Shown in pieces: positions 59,649 through 64,000 of a DNA stretch of 64,000 bases; positions within the stretch are counted from its first letter, which is position 1, and each line of letters starts with the position of its first letter. Source of the stretch: Betaproteobacteria bacterium. GTDB lineage: Bacteria > Pseudomonadota > Gammaproteobacteria > Burkholderiales > SG8-39. The notes under the pieces were generated by a model, which did not search any database, was not told where the DNA came from, and saw nothing but the letters and a program-made list of their open reading frames with translations. The translations under genes and the position numbers were made by a program. The DNA lies in contig CANKMT010000005.1 in assembly GCA_947482825.1 (NCBI GenBank), positions 15,250-79,249 of the forward strand. Direction: 5' to 3'.

Positions 59649-60272
59649 ATGCGCCTGATGGTGCGATTCGCTTTTGCACTGGCTGCGTGTTTCGCGGTCG
59701 TTCCGCCGGCTTCGGCCACGGCCCTGGAACGCTTCCAGTCCTTCATCCGAACCACGCAGTCGGCGAGCGCCGATTTCGAGCAGAAGGTGTATGACCGCAA
59801 CAAGAAGCTCGTGCAGGAGTCAAAGGGCAGCTTCGCTTTCCTGCGTCCCGGGCGATTCCGCTGGGCGTTCGCCAAGCCGTATTCGCAACTCATCGTCGGC
59901 GACGGCGAAAAAGTCTGGGTCCACGACGAAGACCTCAACCAGGTCACCGTGCGCAAGCTTTCCCATGCGCTGGGCGCCACGCCGGCTGCGTTGATCTCGG
60001 GGAGCGCCGATGTGGAGAAGGCGTTCGTGTTTACCGAATCGGGCGACCAGGACGGGCTGCAATGGCTCGATGCAACGCCCAAGGACAAGGAGGCGGGCTT
60101 CGAGCGCATCCGCCTGGGATTCAGCGCGACCGGCCTGCAGGCGATGGAACTCTCCGACCAGTTCGGCCAGGTGACGATGCTGCGCTTCGCCAACCTGCAG
60201 AGAAACCCGAAGCTCGACCCGGGCACCTTCAGGTTTACGCCGCCCAAGGGCGCGGACCTGCTCGGCCAGTAG
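59649..60272 (+). CDS. lolA: Outer-membrane lipoprotein carrier LolA
   Basis: Signal peptide, then F.Q.......ESKG.F...RPGRFRW....P..Q.IV.DG.K.W.YD.DL.Q pattern. Confidence 0.85.
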   Translation: MRLMVRFAFALAACFAVVPPASATALERFQSFIRTTQSASADFEQKVYDRNKKLVQESKGSFAFLRPGRFRWAFAKPYSQLIVGDGEKVWVHDEDLNQVTVRKLSHALGATPAALISGSADVEKAFVFTESGDQDGLQWLDATPKDKEAGFERIRLGFSATGLQAMELSDQFGQVTMLRFANLQRNPKLDPGTFRFTPPKGADLLGQ

Positions 60273-60288
60273 GCGCCGGGCTTCGTCG

Positions 60289-61602
60289 ATGGCCGATCTT
60301 TTCGCACCGGCGGTTCCGGCCGCGCCACTGGCGGAGTTGTTGCGCCCGGCGTCCATCGGCGAAGTCGTCGGCCAGCAGCACCTGCTCGGACCGGGCAAGC
60401 CGTTGAGGCTCGCGTTCGAGTCCGGCAAGGCCCACTCGATGATCCTCTGGGGGCCGCCGGGCGTGGGCAAGACCACGCTCGCGCAGTTGATGGCCAAGGC
60501 TTTCGACGCCGAATTCGTCGCGCTGTCGGCGGTTTTTTCCGGCGTCAAGGACATCCGCGAAGCGATGCAGGCCGCACAGAACGAGCTCGACCGCAGCGGC
60601 CGGCCGACCATCCTGTTCGTCGACGAGGTGCATCGGTTCAACAAGTCGCAGCAAGATGCCTTCCTGCCCTACGTCGAGAAGGGCCTTGTCACGTTCATCG
60701 GAGCCACGACGGAAAATCCTTCCTTCGAAGTCAACGGCGCGCTCCTGTCGCGCGCCAACGTCTACGTGCTGGAGAGTCTTTCCGCGGCGGACCTCGTCAC
60801 CCTTTTCGATCGTGGCGCCGCGCGCATTCTGCCGGGCGTCCCGATCGATGCGGGGGCCAGGGAGCGCATCGTCGGATATGCCGACGGCGATGCGCGGCGC
60901 CTGCTGAACGCGATCGAGATCCTCGCCACCGCCGCGCAGACGGTGGGCGTGGCCGCGGTCGATGCCGATTTCGTCGAAAAAACGCTCGCCCAGAACCTGC
61001 GCCGGTTCGACAAGGGCGGCGAGCAGTTCTACGACCAGATCTCGGCCCTGCACAAGTCGGTGCGTGGCTCGAACCCGGATGCGGCGCTCTATTGGTTCGT
61101 GCGCATGCTCGACGGCGGCGCCGAGCCCCTGTACCTGGGCCGGCGCATTGTGCGCATGGCTGCGGAGGACATCGGCCTGGCCGACCCACGGGCGCTGCGC
61201 CTCGCGCTCGATGCCTGCGAAACTTTCGAGCGCCTCGGCTCGCCCGAAGGCGAACTGGCGTTGGCCGAAGCCGTCGTCTACATGGCCTGCGCGGCCAAGT
61301 CCAACGCAGTCTACGCAGCCTATAATGCCGCCCGTGCATTTGTTTCAGGCGACCAGACGCGGCCGGTGCCGCTGCGGTTGAGGAACGCGCCGACCAAGCT
61401 GATGAAAGGCCTGGGCTACGGCAAGGACTATCGCTACGCGCATGACGAAGAAGGCGCCTACGCGGCCGGGGAGGATTACTTCCCGGACGGCATGCCGCCG
61501 GTCCAGTGGTACGTGCCTACCGACCGGGGGCTCGAAGGAAAGATCCGCGAAAAGCTCGAATACCTGCGCTCGCTGGACGCCGAAAAGCGCAGGAATTCTT
61601 GA
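60289..61602 (+). CDS. rarA: Replication-associated recombination protein A
   Basis: MILWGPPGVGKTTLA, ILFVDEVHRFNKSQQDAFLP, and the C-terminal MgsA domain HYDQISALHKSVRGS. Confidence 0.95.
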   Translation: MADLFAPAVPAAPLAELLRPASIGEVVGQQHLLGPGKPLRLAFESGKAHSMILWGPPGVGKTTLAQLMAKAFDAEFVALSAVFSGVKDIREAMQAAQNELDRSGRPTILFVDEVHRFNKSQQDAFLPYVEKGLVTFIGATTENPSFEVNGALLSRANVYVLESLSAADLVTLFDRGAARILPGVPIDAGARERIVGYADGDARRLLNAIEILATAAQTVGVAAVDADFVEKTLAQNLRRFDKGGEQFYDQISALHKSVRGSNPDAALYWFVRMLDGGAEPLYLGRRIVRMAAEDIGLADPRALRLALDACETFERLGSPEGELALAEAVVYMACAAKSNAVYAAYNAARAFVSGDQTRPVPLRLRNAPTKLMKGLGYGKDYRYAHDEEGAYAAGEDYFPDGMPPVQWYVPTDRGLEGKIREKLEYLRSLDAEKRRNS

Positions 61603-61664
61603 CTTTAATTTATGTAGACTTAATAACTGCGCGCCTCTCCGGGCAGTTTGTATATGAGAAATGA

Positions 61665-62951
<1,287 letters not shown>

Positions 62952-63018
62952 GGGGCGCGCGGTCGCTGCCGTGCGGCGTCCCACCTGTTAAAATTCGCCC
63001 CGAATCGTTCGGCATACC

Positions 63019-63106
63019 GGAGAGGTGGCAGAGTGGTCGAATGCGCCAGACTCGAAATCTGGTTTACGGAAACGTAACGTGGGTTCGAATCCCACCCTCT
63101 CCGCCA
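63019..63106 (+). tRNA. tRNA-Ser (anticodon CGA), CCA encoded
   Basis: GGAGAGG acceptor pairs with CCTCTCC. Anticodon stem-loop CCAGA-CTCGAAA-TCTGG. Long variable arm, T-arm GGGTTCGAATCCC, terminal GCCA. Confidence 0.95.
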
Positions 63107-63223
63107 AGGGTGGTGGCCGGCGACATCGTTACGGGCACAGGATTCACCATCTTCGCGCTTGCAAATGCGGGTCGAGCATATGGACTGTGGACCGTGGCCT
63201 GGGTTTGGAATTAGGAAAACACA

Positions 63224-63859
63224 ATGGCGATTCAACTGATTGGGACAGGTGCGGCGGTTCAAGAGGTGGATACCGCCTTCAAGGCTGCGCGGGTCAGCAT
63301 CCGCCCGGTCGACGTCATCAACTGGCTGTCTTATGGGGCGGCGTCTGGTGCACTGACCGGCGTGGCCGCCAACGGGCCGGTGTTTTCATTGCGCAATACG
63401 GGTGCGAACCTGCTGATGGTGCGCCGGGTGCAGGTGGGGTTTGTGACGACCACCGCGTTCACGGCAGCGCAGGGCCTGGTCTACCAATTGCTCAAGGCCA
63501 ATGGATTTACGACGTCTGATACCGGCGGCACGGCGCTGTACGCGGCCGGGCAGAACAAGCATCGGCTCAGCTTCACGAACATAACGGCGGCACCGGACAT
63601 CCGTATTGCCTCCACCGCAGCATTGGGGGCTGGCACGCGGTCGCTGGAGACCGTATCCATGGGCATCGCGGGCGGCACGAGTAACGGGCTGGGAACTTCC
63701 ATGCCGATGACGGCGCTGCTTTCACACGACGCGGGAGACCATCCGATCATCCTGGCGCAGAACGAAGGCCTGGTGATTGCCAACGGAATTGCCATGGGCG
63801 CAGCGGGTGTCATCCAATGGCACGTGAACATTGAACTTGCCGAAGTGACCAGCTACTGA
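63224..63859 (+). CDS. Hypothetical 211-aa Gly/Ala/Thr-rich, beta-rich protein (structural-protein-like)
   Basis: AGGAAA lies 6 nt upstream of the ATG. Codon usage differs visibly from the core genes, with many A/T-ending codons. No TM segment, no signal peptide, no family recognised. Confidence 0.55.
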   Translation: MAIQLIGTGAAVQEVDTAFKAARVSIRPVDVINWLSYGAASGALTGVAANGPVFSLRNTGANLLMVRRVQVGFVTTTAFTAAQGLVYQLLKANGFTTSDTGGTALYAAGQNKHRLSFTNITAAPDIRIASTAALGAGTRSLETVSMGIAGGTSNGLGTSMPMTALLSHDAGDHPIILAQNEGLVIANGIAMGAAGVIQWHVNIELAEVTSY

Positions 63860-63911
63860 CGTGGATGATCCGTCGGGGACGCCAACGCCCGGCACTGTGA
63901 AGAGGTAGACC

Positions 63912-64000
63912 ATGTCCTTGCTGCTGTCGGCGGGCGCTGGCAGCCCTGTACCCGTTGCGGGTGTAGCGCTCACTGCCCAAGGTGGCCAGGGGTCCGCGGC
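63912..64000 (+). CDS. Start of a further ORF (MSLLLSAGAGSPVPVAGVALTAQGGQGSA...), truncated by window end
   Basis: The ATG at 63912 is preceded by GAAGAGG. Only 29 codons are visible. Confidence 0.3.
   Translation, partial: MSLLLSAGAGSPVPVAGVALTAQGGQGSA

Overview
This is a GC-rich bacterial chromosomal segment, roughly two-thirds G+C by eye (not computed). Gene content and local synteny look betaproteobacterial, which is an inference: purN-DUF3108-rsmB, DUF3025-pyrC-rsmI, yraN-diaA-BON-rfaE2, glnB/smr/trxB, ftsK-lolA-rarA-serS-tRNA-Ser, and a phasin. I support about 70 protein genes and one tRNA-Ser(CGA). I found no rRNA, CRISPR array, transposase or integrase. Most of the window is housekeeping: hrpA, fumC, purN, pyrC, rpmB/rpmG, ppa, trxB, ftsK, serS, an ABC-F ATPase and rhlE. 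Between these sit small, visibly more AT-rich accessory pockets:
- A tandem array of three type II toxin-antitoxin (TA) pairs at 2.9-4.9 kb.
- A ParS/MbcA-type antitoxin with no RES toxin, translationally coupled to unknown small proteins (8.7-10 kb).
- An EamA-P450-EamA-EamA operon (19.6-23.6 kb).
- Three unrecognisable genes with a repeat-rich divergent promoter (24.9-28.4 kb).
- A ParE/RHH pair (35.5-36.0 kb).
- A PIN-like/DUF433 pair beside what looks like a 5' stump of a type I hsdM gene (50.1-51.7 kb).
- Foreign-looking structural-type ORFs directly after tRNA-Ser at the window end.
The observation I rate highest concerns the phasin gene. It stops two codons after an A7 run. The -1 frame then continues for 56 acid-free, Lys/Pro/Ala-rich codons up to the operon terminator. 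This is either a homopolymer error that hides a PhaF-like tailed phasin, or a genuine recoding site. Two other genes (a GNAT acetyltransferase and the 25.98-27.69 kb unknown) also need a +/-1 nt correction in a G run. Sequence-quality artefacts must therefore be excluded first. Limits: every call comes from reading the translated ORFs and recalling motifs, with no database search or computation. Many long ORFs in the supplied track are antisense or out-of-frame artefacts of high GC.
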